Notes under the pieces: model-generated | Databases searched by the model: none | What the model saw: only the letters and a program-made list of their open reading frames with translations | Told to the model about the DNA's origin: nothing | Part shown: positions 8,719 through 17,770 of the stretch, in pieces | Layout: every line of letters begins with the position of its first letter | Numbering within the stretch: the stretch's first letter is position 1 | Program-made: the position numbers and the translations under genes | Source: an uncultured archaeon | GTDB taxonomy: Archaea > Thermoplasmatota > Thermoplasmata > Thermoplasmatales > Thermoplasmataceae | Direction: 5' to 3' | DNA: 64,000 nt | Assembly (NCBI GenBank): GCA_000965745.1 | Contig: CP009479.1 | Coordinates: 608,001 to 672,000, forward strand

Positions 8719-9867
8719 GTGGCCAAAACATTTACCGTTGAGGTGGTTCCCCTGGTCTTAACCTGGTTGAGAACCAGTGCGGGTTGGGAAGTAGAGGAAG
8801 TTGCCAAGAAACTCCGCACATCTGTAGAAGTGGTAAAAGATCTGGAATCTGGAAAAAGGAATCCGACTATGGGCCAATTGAATATCCTTTCAGAAACCTA
8901 CAAAAGGCCAATTGCATCATTCTTTCTGTCAAAACCAAAGCAAGAGAGGCCGATGCCCAAAGATTACAGATTCCTACCCAACAAGACTAACATATTCGAC
9001 CGCAAAACCATCCTTGCCATCCGAAGAACCAGGAGTCTTCAGAATCTGAGCAAAGAACTGTCCCTTAATATCAATTATGCCACGGAGACTGAAATCAAAA
9101 AGTCAAGAATAACCGATAATCCAGAACTCATTGCTTCAGAGTACCGGGAGATATTGAATTTTGACATTGAAAAGCAAAGGAAGTTCAGAGACGCGTACAA
9201 GATGATGGGCCATCTAAGAGACGTGCTTGAAGACCTTAATATTCTGGTTTTTCAGTTCTCCATGCCGATTGAGGATGCAAGAGGATTTGCCTTAGCAGAT
9301 GAAACTCCAAACATTATAGTGATAAACTCGAAGGATAGCATCGAAGCTCGGTTGTTCACTTTAATGCATGAATTTGGACACATAATCCTAGGAGAGACCG
9401 TAATAGACCTCCCAGAAGAGTCTTTGCAGGCTAGAAGCAACATTGAGGCCTGGTGCAACTCTTTCTCATCGGCTTTCCTGTTGCCAAAGGAGGTTTCAAT
9501 TGATTTATTCAACAAAAGCAAGCATAATCTCACTGAGACGGACACCCTGAATACTCTGTCTAAGAGATATAAGGCAAGTAAGGCAGTTCTTCTGGTGAAG
9601 ATGGTAAATCTAAATTACATTTCAAGGCAAGAATTTGAGTCAGTGCTTGCCAGATACACTCCAAAGGAAACAAAAGTGGAGAAGAAAGAGAAGCAGGTTA
9701 TGGGAATGGCATCCGATCAGAGGTGCCTTTCAGAGGTGGGTAATAAATTCGTATCTCTCGTTGCCAATAACTTCGACAGGGAGTTCATAACTTACAATGA
9801 TGCCCTCAGCTTCTTATCCATAAAATCGAGAAACTTTGATAAAGTCCTGGCAAGAGCGAGAAAATGA
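8719..9867 (+). CDS. XRE-HTH + ImmA/IrrE Zn-metallopeptidase
   Basis: N-terminal HTH (VAKKLRTSVEVVKDLESG), RLFTLMHEFGH (HExxH), EAWCNSFSSAFLLP. Confidence 0.9.
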   Translation: MAKTFTVEVVPLVLTWLRTSAGWEVEEVAKKLRTSVEVVKDLESGKRNPTMGQLNILSETYKRPIASFFLSKPKQERPMPKDYRFLPNKTNIFDRKTILAIRRTRSLQNLSKELSLNINYATETEIKKSRITDNPELIASEYREILNFDIEKQRKFRDAYKMMGHLRDVLEDLNILVFQFSMPIEDARGFALADETPNIIVINSKDSIEARLFTLMHEFGHIILGETVIDLPEESLQARSNIEAWCNSFSSAFLLPKEVSIDLFNKSKHNLTETDTLNTLSKRYKASKAVLLVKMVNLNYISRQEFESVLARYTPKETKVEKKEKQVMGMASDQRCLSEVGNKFVSLVANNFDREFITYNDALSFLSIKSRNFDKVLARARK

Positions 9868-10355
9868 CTTCCAATAACTACATAATGGACACATCTTCGT
9901 TGGTAGAACTCAATAGACATAATCCAATAGATGTGTTTCCAAGTGTATGGAATAATTTGGAATCACTTTCAAAGAAAGGTCTCCTAGTGGCCCCGGCAGA
10001 GGTACTCTCAGAGGTTAAGGAAAGGGACGATGAGCTTGCATCCTGGGCAAAGAGGAATAACAGTATATTCCAACCGCCAACGAAGAAACAGATTGAAATA
10101 TTGAAGGACATATTAAAAAATTATCCGGCGTTAGTTAAAGAAGACAGAAAATACGATGCTGATGCCTGGGTGGTAGCACTTGCGGTAGAAATGGCTACGG
10201 GCTCTCAACAAACTCTGATCCAGATAAAAAGAATAGTTGTCACGGAAGAAAAGTTTCGTGGAGACAAAATAAGGATACCATATGTGTGCCAGAAGTACAG
10301 TATTGAATCCATCGGCATAATCGAGATGTTCAGGATAGAAGGGTGGAAATTCTAG
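9864..10355 (+). CDS. DUF4411-type PIN domain protein (putative toxin)
   Basis: MDTSSL, ADAWVVALA, VVTEE...IPYVC. Overlaps the stop of the ImmA-like gene, the usual pairing. Confidence 0.85.
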   Translation: MTSNNYIMDTSSLVELNRHNPIDVFPSVWNNLESLSKKGLLVAPAEVLSEVKERDDELASWAKRNNSIFQPPTKKQIEILKDILKNYPALVKEDRKYDADAWVVALAVEMATGSQQTLIQIKRIVVTEEKFRGDKIRIPYVCQKYSIESIGIIEMFRIEGWKF

Positions 10356-10364
10356 GGTGATGTT

Positions 10365-13300
10365 ATGGCGCTGCACAAAGAGATAATAGACAACAGTGAT
10401 GGCAATAAACTGGTCAGCTTCTTAAATGACGCACTGAAAGAAAATGGCAAAGGCAACTTTGACATTGCAACCGCTTTTTTTAACATAGGTGGTTTTGCCA
10501 TGATCAAGGATAGCCTTGACCAATCAGTAAAATTTAGACTCTTATTGGGCAAGGCACCAGAGATCCAGAACGATACAACCTTAGGAGATGTCTTACTTGA
10601 GGAGATAAAGAAAGAAGTGGAGGGATTTGACCTTTCAAAGGACTCCGATACAACTGTAAGGCTTTTTATCGAGTTCCTGAAACGAGACAACGTACAAGTG
10701 AGACTTTTTGAGAAATTTCTTCATGGAAAGGCCTATATTTTCGATGATCGGATAGTCATAGGCTCTTCCAATTTCACCGGTGCTGGACTTACTAGATATG
10801 GTGAGCTGAACACCTGGAGGCAGGAATCCCAGGCCATCTACGCCAGAAAAGAATGGTTTGACAAGTTTTGGGCTGAATCGATAGATTTCAAGAAGGATTT
10901 GATAGAGCTCCTCGAAAACTCAAGATTTGGCAGTAAAGAGTATTCCCCCTATGAAATTTACATAAAAACACTCTATGAAATGCAGAAAGAAGACATAAAG
11001 GAGGGACAAAAGGAAGAAAAGCCAAGTGGGATGCCTGAGACTAAAGTAAATTTAGCACAATTCCAAGAAGACGCCATAGCCAGAATATGGACCAGGATGA
11101 AGAAATATGGTGGATGCATAGTAGCGGACTCAGTAGGATTAGGTAAAACGTGGATCGCAAAGAAGGTCCTAGAGCAAATAGGTTACTATGAACGGAAAAA
11201 CATACTGGTTGTCTGCCCGGCTCAGCTTCGAGAGATGTGGAGAGGTGAGCTCAAGAAAATAGATACTAAAGAGAACATACTTTCACAGGAAGACCTTGCA
11301 TCGGAAAACTACCTAGAGAAAGCAAAAAGAACTCTTGGCGGACGCCTGGATAACGTAGAGTTAATTGTTGTCGACGAAAGCCATAACTTCAGGAATCCTT
11401 TGTCAAATAGATGGGAGAACTTTTTCTCTCTCGTGAACGATAACGTTTCAAGTTCGGGTAACAAGCCCTATATTTTGTTTCTTACAGCAACCCCAATCAA
11501 TAACACTCCTTGGGACCTTTATTGGCAAATTATGCTTCTCGTATTGATGGATAGATCCGCCTTTATCAAAGAGAACATACCAGATCTGTTCAAATACTTC
11601 AGAGAGGCCAAAGACAACCCTTCGCTGCTAAATGACCTCTTAAATGAGATATCTATCCGAAGAACCAGGGACTATATCATTGAAAACTATCCTGACGCAT
11701 ATATAGTCGTCGAGATGCCCAATGGTGAGTCTGAAGAGCGCAAGATTACATTCCCTAAACGAGTTCTTGAAAATGTCAATTACAAACTGGACACCGCGTA
11801 CAAGGGAATGTACAAGGAAATATCAGACACGCTTACCGAAAAACTTACCATGGCATATTACCGTATACTGGAATATAGGAAAGAAGGCGTCAAGACAGAG
11901 GAAGAGAGACTGGCTCTGGGAAGAATGATTGCTATAGGCGGCATCTTTAGGACGATATTGCTAAAGAGGTTGGAAAGCAGCGTAGATTCATTCAGAAAAA
12001 GTATATCCAACCACATTCAATTTCTTGAAAAGTTGAAACTCTACCTCAAAGTTGGAAAACTGCTGACCAAAGAGAGTTACATAAAGTACATGCTCAGGTC
12101 TTACGACGAATTGGAAGACGGAGATATAAGGGAGATTCTTGATGATTTCAAACTCGCTGAATATCGTATTGACGACCTGTTCCATGACATTGATATTGAT
12201 ATAGACTTGCTAAACAACATTTTGGGGAAGGTTAAGAAAATAAAACCTGCTGATGATTCAAAACTCAACGTACTAAAGGAAAAGCTCCTTGAGCTATCCA
12301 AAGATAAAGATGGACAGATTGTTCTTTTTACATATTATGCAGACACCCTCAACTACATTTATGAAGAAATTGCCAACGATAAACGGTTCTCAAAACTCAA
12401 AATAGAGGCCATATCTAGCTCTGGAACAACAAGCAAGAGCCCTGTTCAGCGCGAAGAGATAATTAAGAGATTTTTTGAGAAGAATGTCGACATCATACTC
12501 AGTACAGACGTTCTTTCTGAGGGCCAGAATCTTCAGACAGCAAAGTACCTGATCAATTACGACCTGCACTGGAACCCCACGAGAATGATACAAAGGGCAG
12601 GTAGGATTGACAGAATTGGCTCTCCATACATGGAGATATATGTTTACAATTTCTTCCCGGAAGATGAACTTGAAGAGCTCCTTAAGTTGGTGCAAGCTCT
12701 GCAAAGCAAGATTATCGATATAGATGATTCCGTGGGCCTCGATCAGACAGTTCTAGGGGAGGAGATACATCCAAAGGTTTTTGGCATAATTAGACGCATT
12801 AGAGGAAAGGATGAAAGACTGTTCACGGAATTAGAAGCAGACCTATTCGGTGGAGGAGAGCTTTTTTACCAACCCCTGAAAGATTTCCTGAAGGACAAGG
12901 GCGTAGAGGAGCTAGAAAAGATTCCATTCGGCGTATTTAGTGGGCTAAAGAAGGAAAGAATTTCTGGCATATTCTTCTACTACGAGTATGAGAACGACTT
13001 TCATTTCTGGTATTTGTATGATATCAAGACGGGTAGCACTCTGACAAGTAAGACTGACATTTTGGACTATATAAAATGCAAGAGGGATGAAGAACGCGAG
13101 ATTCCGTCTTTCTTTGAGAAGGTCTACGATACAAACAAGCTTATCCTGGAGGAGATTGAAAGAACATACAAAGAGATAGAGCTTAGCAACACGCAGGATT
13201 CACAGCTAAAGGAACTCAATAGGTCTAACAGTACTAAATTTATCAAGAAAATGATAGATGAAATTGAGATACAGTTAACTGAATACCTGTATGAGTATCC

Positions 13301-13547
13301 CAATGATACTTCAGTTGAGCATGTATGGGAACAGATCAAGTCAAAATTACTCTCCCTGCCACCCACAAAGAAAAGGCTTCAGGCCCTCAGACAAATATGG
13401 AAATCCTACAAGAAGGACAACGACTGGAAGAAGATGGTAGAAGAATTGGGCAACTTCATGACTGAAAAGGGCATTTTCAAGAAGACAGAGATAGAGCCAT
13501 TCGACGCTTCCAGGCTCAGATTGGTGACCATGGACTTCATCTCATAA
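10365..13547 (+). CDS. PLD nuclease-SNF2 helicase fusion
   Basis: HGKAYIFD...GSSNFT (HKD), ADSVGLGKT, VDESH, LTATP, SEGQNLQ, QRAGRIDR. Confidence 0.9.
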   Translation: MALHKEIIDNSDGNKLVSFLNDALKENGKGNFDIATAFFNIGGFAMIKDSLDQSVKFRLLLGKAPEIQNDTTLGDVLLEEIKKEVEGFDLSKDSDTTVRLFIEFLKRDNVQVRLFEKFLHGKAYIFDDRIVIGSSNFTGAGLTRYGELNTWRQESQAIYARKEWFDKFWAESIDFKKDLIELLENSRFGSKEYSPYEIYIKTLYEMQKEDIKEGQKEEKPSGMPETKVNLAQFQEDAIARIWTRMKKYGGCIVADSVGLGKTWIAKKVLEQIGYYERKNILVVCPAQLREMWRGELKKIDTKENILSQEDLASENYLEKAKRTLGGRLDNVELIVVDESHNFRNPLSNRWENFFSLVNDNVSSSGNKPYILFLTATPINNTPWDLYWQIMLLVLMDRSAFIKENIPDLFKYFREAKDNPSLLNDLLNEISIRRTRDYIIENYPDAYIVVEMPNGESEERKITFPKRVLENVNYKLDTAYKGMYKEISDTLTEKLTMAYYRILEYRKEGVKTEEERLALGRMIAIGGIFRTILLKRLESSVDSFRKSISNHIQFLEKLKLYLKVGKLLTKESYIKYMLRSYDELEDGDIREILDDFKLAEYRIDDLFHDIDIDIDLLNNILGKVKKIKPADDSKLNVLKEKLLELSKDKDGQIVLFTYYADTLNYIYEEIANDKRFSKLKIEAISSSGTTSKSPVQREEIIKRFFEKNVDIILSTDVLSEGQNLQTAKYLINYDLHWNPTRMIQRAGRIDRIGSPYMEIYVYNFFPEDELEELLKLVQALQSKIIDIDDSVGLDQTVLGEEIHPKVFGIIRRIRGKDERLFTELEADLFGGGELFYQPLKDFLKDKGVEELEKIPFGVFSGLKKERISGIFFYYEYENDFHFWYLYDIKTGSTLTSKTDILDYIKCKRDEEREIPSFFEKVYDTNKLILEEIERTYKEIELSNTQDSQLKELNRSNSTKFIKKMIDEIEIQLTEYLYEYPNDTSVEHVWEQIKSKLLSLPPTKKRLQALRQIWKSYKKDNDWKKMVEELGNFMTEKGIFKKTEIEPFDASRLRLVTMDFIS

Positions 13548-13582
13548 CTGCTTAATGCCGACGATCGTGTGAGGGTCCAATT

Positions 13583-13744
13583 CTATTGGCCCTTTGGGAT
13601 AGTATAGGTTTTATGCTCGCTCACATAGACATTAAAGTTGTTCCCGCACGATGAGCATTTATAGCGAGAAACCTCGAATACATTGAAAGACCATTTCTTC
13701 TTTGGAGAACTGTTATTTTCTTTTTCACACACCGGACACTTCAT
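13583..13744 (-). CDS. Small Zn-ribbon protein
   Basis: MKCPVC...YKCSSCG. Likely start is the ATG at 13744. Confidence 0.6.
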   Translation of the reverse strand: MKCPVCEKENNSSPKKKWSFNVFEVSRYKCSSCGNNFNVYVSEHKTYTIPKGQ

Positions 13745-13833
13745 TATTACGCTAGCTACCTTCACAACTAAAATCTTTCGATCTCGCAAACTGAGTCAAT
13801 TCAGGCTCATTGATATCCTCAATAATAGCTAAA

Positions 13834-14007
13834 TTAGAGTTCTTTTAAAAATTCCCTTGCTTTCCTGATCCTACCATTGTTGATGTCAGCCTCACTTCGC
13901 TCTAGCTGTTCCATCACATACTCATTGCTTAAGGTCTGAATAGTGGCCGCAAGGCCATTCAACCGGGATTTAGCTATGTTACCAAGCCTGAATCTGGGTG
14001 TTGCCAT
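13834..14007 (-). CDS. 57-aa orphan antitoxin-like peptide (not in ORF track)
   Basis: Manual translation MATPRFRLGNIAKSRLNGLAATIQTLSNEYVMEQLERSEADINNGRIRKAREFLKEL. The C-terminal half resembles archaeal RelB/Phd antitoxin tails. Confidence 0.5.
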   Translation of the reverse strand: MATPRFRLGNIAKSRLNGLAATIQTLSNEYVMEQLERSEADINNGRIRKAREFLKEL

Positions 14008-14056
14008 TACAATTCTTATATGATTTTAGATTTAAATCGTTTTTCGTGCTCAGTCT

Positions 14057-14460
14057 CAAATTCACCCCTATCCCCTCTTTTAGCCTTCGCCCATTACCAT
14101 GTGCCCTTCGCTCGCCTTCACGCCGAGCACAGGACCCCATGCTTCAACTCCAATCAAAATTCACCCCCTATCCCCTCTTTTGATTTCCGTCTCGCACTCT
14201 TCTTTGAAGAGCCCCTCATTCGCCTTGCTCATTCAGGGTAGTGTCCTGTGCTCGCCGCTCGTGGTGTATGTGTGGTGTTACACACCTTCGCTTCGCTTGG
14301 TGTTCCACACCACCCACCGCTAACGCTTACACCACTCGGTCTTGCTACGCAAGACTTCCGGCTCGCTTCGGGCACATTAGTCTCTCCTGCAGAGTGCAAT
14401 TTGAGGGGGACAGGGGAGGGGGATTTTAGACCGCACAATCTCGCTGCGCTCAGTGCGGGA
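14057..14460. repeat. Structured non-coding region with direct and inverted repeats and twin hairpins
   Basis: CAAA(A)TTCACCCC(C)TATCCCCTCTTTT at 14057-14081 and 14155-14181, an inverted relative at 14398-14427, GGTGTtacACACC and GGTGTtccACACC hairpins, and recurrent CGCTTCGCT-like motifs. Confidence 0.6.
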
Positions 14461-14518
14461 TAAAGACAGATACCAAATCAAAAAGAAGGTTTTTTAAGGA
14501 CTCATATGATTAAAGTTT

Positions 14519-14740
14519 ATGTATCCCCAAAGTGTAAAAGATGCTGTCAAGAAAATGCCACTAAACCGGAAAATCGATCTTGCTAATGCATTGCTCGACG
14601 CAGTGTTGAAGAAGAGAATCCAGGAGAAGGGAGAAGAACTAAGGAGCAGATTGGATATTCTTGAAAAAGAGCTTAATGAGAGATTCAACAAACAACTTGA
14701 CGACATGTTGGAGTCGTTGTTAGACAATCTGTCTGAATGA
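14519..14740 (+). CDS. Small helical/coiled-coil hypothetical protein
   Basis: ORF with charged helical composition. Confidence 0.6.
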   Translation: MYPQSVKDAVKKMPLNRKIDLANALLDAVLKKRIQEKGEELRSRLDILEKELNERFNKQLDDMLESLLDNLSE

Positions 14741-14811
14741 ATCAAGACTACAAACCAGACCCGATTTCGGGTTAACGAAAGTGATTTAAGCTCTCAAAGG
14801 GTAGCTTCTTT

Positions 14812-15450
14812 ATGGAGATTTTCCTGAGTCATTCAAGAAAAGACCTGAATCTCGTTAATACCGTGAAGAAGGCTCTTGGGCTCTTGGATTATCACACCAT
14901 CGTCTACGAAGATTTACCTGAAAACCTGAGACCAGGGAAAGACTTAGACAATATTAGAAATCTCATAAGTCAAAGTCAATTGGTTTTTTTGTTCTTGACA
15001 AGTAATGTAATTTCTTTAAAACACACCCTGACCTGGGTTCAGTATGAGGACCACGTTGCATCAATGTCTAACAAACCGGTGATAGTGTTCCAAGAACAAC
15101 TCCCTGTTTCAACAACCAGCTTTCCAATTTTGTACTTTACAGATGTAATTTCTTGGGTGGGGCCCTCAGCAGATCCTATGAAAATACAGGAAATTGCCAA
15201 ATCATTTAGATCGTCTGGAGCAGTGGTTAGAGCGGTAGCTGGAGGGGCTATCGGAGCAATTTTTGGGCCAATAGGTGCTCTACTTGGGGCACTAGTTGGT
15301 TTGGCGTCAACTCCTCAAAACCCATTGCAAAACATACCAACAGTCAAGTGCCCAAATTGCAAATATACGTTCAGGTATTGGGGCAATGAAAATACCTTGT
15401 TTTACTGTCCAAATTGCCTTAAAGAATGGTTATACAAAGGTAGGAGTTAA
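14812..15450 (+). CDS. TIR domain + glycine-zipper TM segment + Zn ribbon
   Basis: IFLSHSRKD start, WVQYE with conserved Glu, KPVIVF; GGAIGAIFGPIGALLGALVG; CPNC...CPNC. Confidence 0.8.
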   Translation: MEIFLSHSRKDLNLVNTVKKALGLLDYHTIVYEDLPENLRPGKDLDNIRNLISQSQLVFLFLTSNVISLKHTLTWVQYEDHVASMSNKPVIVFQEQLPVSTTSFPILYFTDVISWVGPSADPMKIQEIAKSFRSSGAVVRAVAGGAIGAIFGPIGALLGALVGLASTPQNPLQNIPTVKCPNCKYTFRYWGNENTLFYCPNCLKEWLYKGRS

Positions 15451-15451
15451 C

Positions 15452-15754
15452 ATGGTTGTTAGGGAATCTGTGGAAATAAAGGCACCGCCAGAGGAAGTTT
15501 ACAGTTTCTTGGCCAGCCTGAGCCTTAATGGATTGAAAGTATCACGTAAGATTCCGGAGATGAAAACTGTCATTATTTCTTCAGGATTATCACTATTCTC
15601 TTGGGGAGAAAGTATAGAGGCATCAGTTCAGTCGAGTCAAGCCGGATCGCTTGTTATATTAAGAGCCCAAGGGAAATCCCAACTAAACATTACTGCAGAT
15701 CCTAAAGCATTGTCTCAGAGAGTGAAAGATGCTTTGAAAGGGAGATTTGGCTAA
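15452..15754 (+). CDS. Small SRPBCC/START-like hypothetical protein
   Basis: ATG 1 nt after the TIR stop; ESVEIKAPPEEVYSFL and SLFSWGESIE motifs. Confidence 0.6.
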   Translation: MVVRESVEIKAPPEEVYSFLASLSLNGLKVSRKIPEMKTVIISSGLSLFSWGESIEASVQSSQAGSLVILRAQGKSQLNITADPKALSQRVKDALKGRFG

Positions 15755-15767
15755 GGTTAGTTTTTGG

Positions 15768-15805
15768 TATTCGCTTAAAACTTTAATCAAATCCCGACCG
15801 GTCCA
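15768..15805 (+). repeat. att-like 38-bp site, copy 1 (19-bp arm + tRNA-Ala 3' fragment)
   Basis: TATTCGCTTAAAACTTTAATCAAATCCCGACCGGTCCA. The last 19 nt read as T-loop remnant, T-stem, acceptor CCGGTCC and discriminator A. Confidence 0.85.
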
Positions 15806-15828
15806 CTAGTTTTTATTCATTGAGTTTT

Positions 15829-15903
15829 TATCACTGATAGATATTTAAGATATCTCTGTTAACGGATAATTATCAGTGATACATTAATAAAGTATCACTG
15901 AAT
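15829..15903. promoter_or_regulatory. TATCAnTGATA operator palindromes upstream of the type IV TA
   Basis: TATCACTGATA 15829-15839, TATCAGTGATA 15871-15881, TATCACTGAAT 15893-15903. Confidence 0.65.
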
Positions 15904-15915
15904 ACAGATACAAAA

Positions 15916-16947
15916 ATGGATGAAGATCTAGAACCAATTTATCAGTTTATACTTGAGAAACTCCGTATTTCACCTGATGCAAAAATAGACAGGTCGTATC
16001 CGATATCTATTGGAGAAAGAGAATTACTGATAGACTTAGCAATTAAGTCCAGAGGCACTTTGACGCTTGTTGAAATTAAGTCTAGAATAAATGAAGACAC
16101 TATATACAGAATATATGCTCTTTCGCACTTAATAAGCAAACAGTTGATGGGTAAGAAAGAGATAAGATTGGTTTGTGCTGGAAAATCACTGAAGTACAGC
16201 ACCCAGGAACTTGCCGCCAGGCTTGGTGTAGAAACCCTGCTCATCCCTCCAATATTGTATCAGTACTTGTCACCTATGGTAACTGCATCTAAGGTGAATG
16301 CTCCTTTCGAACACTTAAGAGCTAGTCCGTCAAAAATTACTTCCGAAAAGGCATGGAAAATTGTCTGTTCCCTACTGACTGATAAATCATCCAACATCCT
16401 TGCTATTTCTAAGAAAACCGGTGTTTCATATGGCTGGACAAACACTGTAATTCATAAACTTGAAGAATCTGGGATAGTAACGGTCAATTACAGCTTTAGA
16501 ATCAAAGACATAGATAAGCTTTTGAATTTGGTCTCGTGGGAAAGAGCCCTTGACGACCTGCTCTTGGAGACTGTAAACACAAATTTCAGCACTGCAACCC
16601 AGTGTATAAATGAAGTCGCGTTGAATCTAAACAGGCTCGGAATAGATTATGCTTTCACGGCCCATTCGTCTGCCGTTTCATATGGTTCTTCTATAATGAA
16701 GGAAGATACAGCATATATCTACCTCCCGAACCCATCCGACAAAGAAGTTATTAGGTCCTTTTCTGAAAGAGAAGCAGTTGGAATTCGCCTGAAGGTATAC
16801 GTACCCGAAAGAGATATCATGAAATCTTCCACCATGTTTAATGGCGTTCGGATTGTTGACGTGTGCCAGAACATACTGGACCTTGCAGGATTAGGTATGG
16901 ATGGACGGATTGCCGCAAAGGATCTGGTGAATAAGTGTGGTAAATGA
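15916..16947 (+). CDS. AbiEi-like antitoxin with N-terminal PD-(D/E)XK-like domain and wHTH
   Basis: IDLAIK...VEIKSR; ILAISKKTGVSYGWTNTVIHKLEESG wHTH; C-terminal QNILDLAGLG..GRIAA. Confidence 0.65.
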   Translation: MDEDLEPIYQFILEKLRISPDAKIDRSYPISIGERELLIDLAIKSRGTLTLVEIKSRINEDTIYRIYALSHLISKQLMGKKEIRLVCAGKSLKYSTQELAARLGVETLLIPPILYQYLSPMVTASKVNAPFEHLRASPSKITSEKAWKIVCSLLTDKSSNILAISKKTGVSYGWTNTVIHKLEESGIVTVNYSFRIKDIDKLLNLVSWERALDDLLLETVNTNFSTATQCINEVALNLNRLGIDYAFTAHSSAVSYGSSIMKEDTAYIYLPNPSDKEVIRSFSEREAVGIRLKVYVPERDIMKSSTMFNGVRIVDVCQNILDLAGLGMDGRIAAKDLVNKCGK

Positions 16948-17683
16948 AGAAGGTGGAGAGACCACTTTGGCCCGGGATTCATTCGAAGAGCTCAGGTACA
17001 TTTTCGACTGGAGCTCCGCTAACAGAAATTATAGGCCAGGTGATATCGTTCTCATAGGCGGATGGGCAGTCCACTCATTTAATCCTTGGAAATATTCACT
17101 CGATATCGATTTGATCGCAACTGGTCGTTTCAAGGATTCATTAAAAAGACATCTATACTCGACCCGGGATTACAGTAGAGAAAGGGATTCTGCAGGAAAT
17201 ACCTTGTTTCTAAAAAGTATAGACTCTGGAGATATTTATCTTGACTTTCTACCGAAAAAAGATCAATTCCACGGAACGGGCAAATTTCTCAATTTGATGA
17301 AAATAGAATACGAGACTGTTCCCAAAAATATTTCCCATTCCATTGAGCCTGAGTTCCAAGTCATAGTCCCAGAGATCTCAATGCTCCTCTTGCTAAAGTT
17401 AAAAGCGGCATGGGACAGATACTATGATTTATCGCTTGAAACTGCTCTGGACAAGGATCATTTGAACGAGAAGTTTACCAAGGATTGTGGCGACATCATT
17501 GCTTTACTTCAGAGTGATGCATTTCAGTTCGCCAGATTTGATTGGCTGTCTTCAATCATATCCAGATTTGATTTCTTGCGGACTTTCCTGGGGCAGGGAA
17601 TTATAGCGGATAATTCGGCTTTTGACCGTATTTCTCATAAGGAAGGCAAAGCGCTAATCAAAAGGTTATTGTCTCTTATTTGA
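16937..17683 (+). CDS. AbiEii-like nucleotidyltransferase
   Basis: VLIGGWAV...YSLDIDL NTase motif, LLLKLKAAWDR, KDCGDIIAL. Overlaps the upstream gene. Confidence 0.75.
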   Translation: MVNEEGGETTLARDSFEELRYIFDWSSANRNYRPGDIVLIGGWAVHSFNPWKYSLDIDLIATGRFKDSLKRHLYSTRDYSRERDSAGNTLFLKSIDSGDIYLDFLPKKDQFHGTGKFLNLMKIEYETVPKNISHSIEPEFQVIVPEISMLLLLKLKAAWDRYYDLSLETALDKDHLNEKFTKDCGDIIALLQSDAFQFARFDWLSSIISRFDFLRTFLGQGIIADNSAFDRISHKEGKALIKRLLSLI

Positions 17684-17732
17684 TGAAACTCTAAATGGAA
17701 TGGTTGCAAGAGTTATCATAGAGACCTAAAAG

Positions 17733-17770
17733 TATTCGCTTAAAACATTAAACAAATCCCGACCGGTCCA
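17733..17770 (+). repeat. att-like 38-bp site, copy 2
   Basis: TATTCGCTTAAAACATTAAACAAATCCCGACCGGTCCA (2 mismatches to copy 1). Confidence 0.85.

Larger units (their letters stand above)
1..15805. mobile_element. Integrated plasmid-like element, right part, ending at a tRNA-derived attR-like site
   Basis: par genes, resolvase + res, Orc1/Cdc6 and defence cargo, ending at the first tRNA 3' fragment. The integrase and intact tRNA are not in the window. Confidence 0.7.

Noticed and set aside
14745-14775. Possible att-like site before the TIR gene (ACAAACCAGACCCG)
   Set aside because: Needs a gap and several mismatches; better explained as the small hairpin ACCCGATTTCGGGT.
15787-15805. Intact tRNA gene
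   Set aside because: Only the 3' 19 nt are present; no D-arm, anticodon arm or 5' T-stem strand upstream of any copy.
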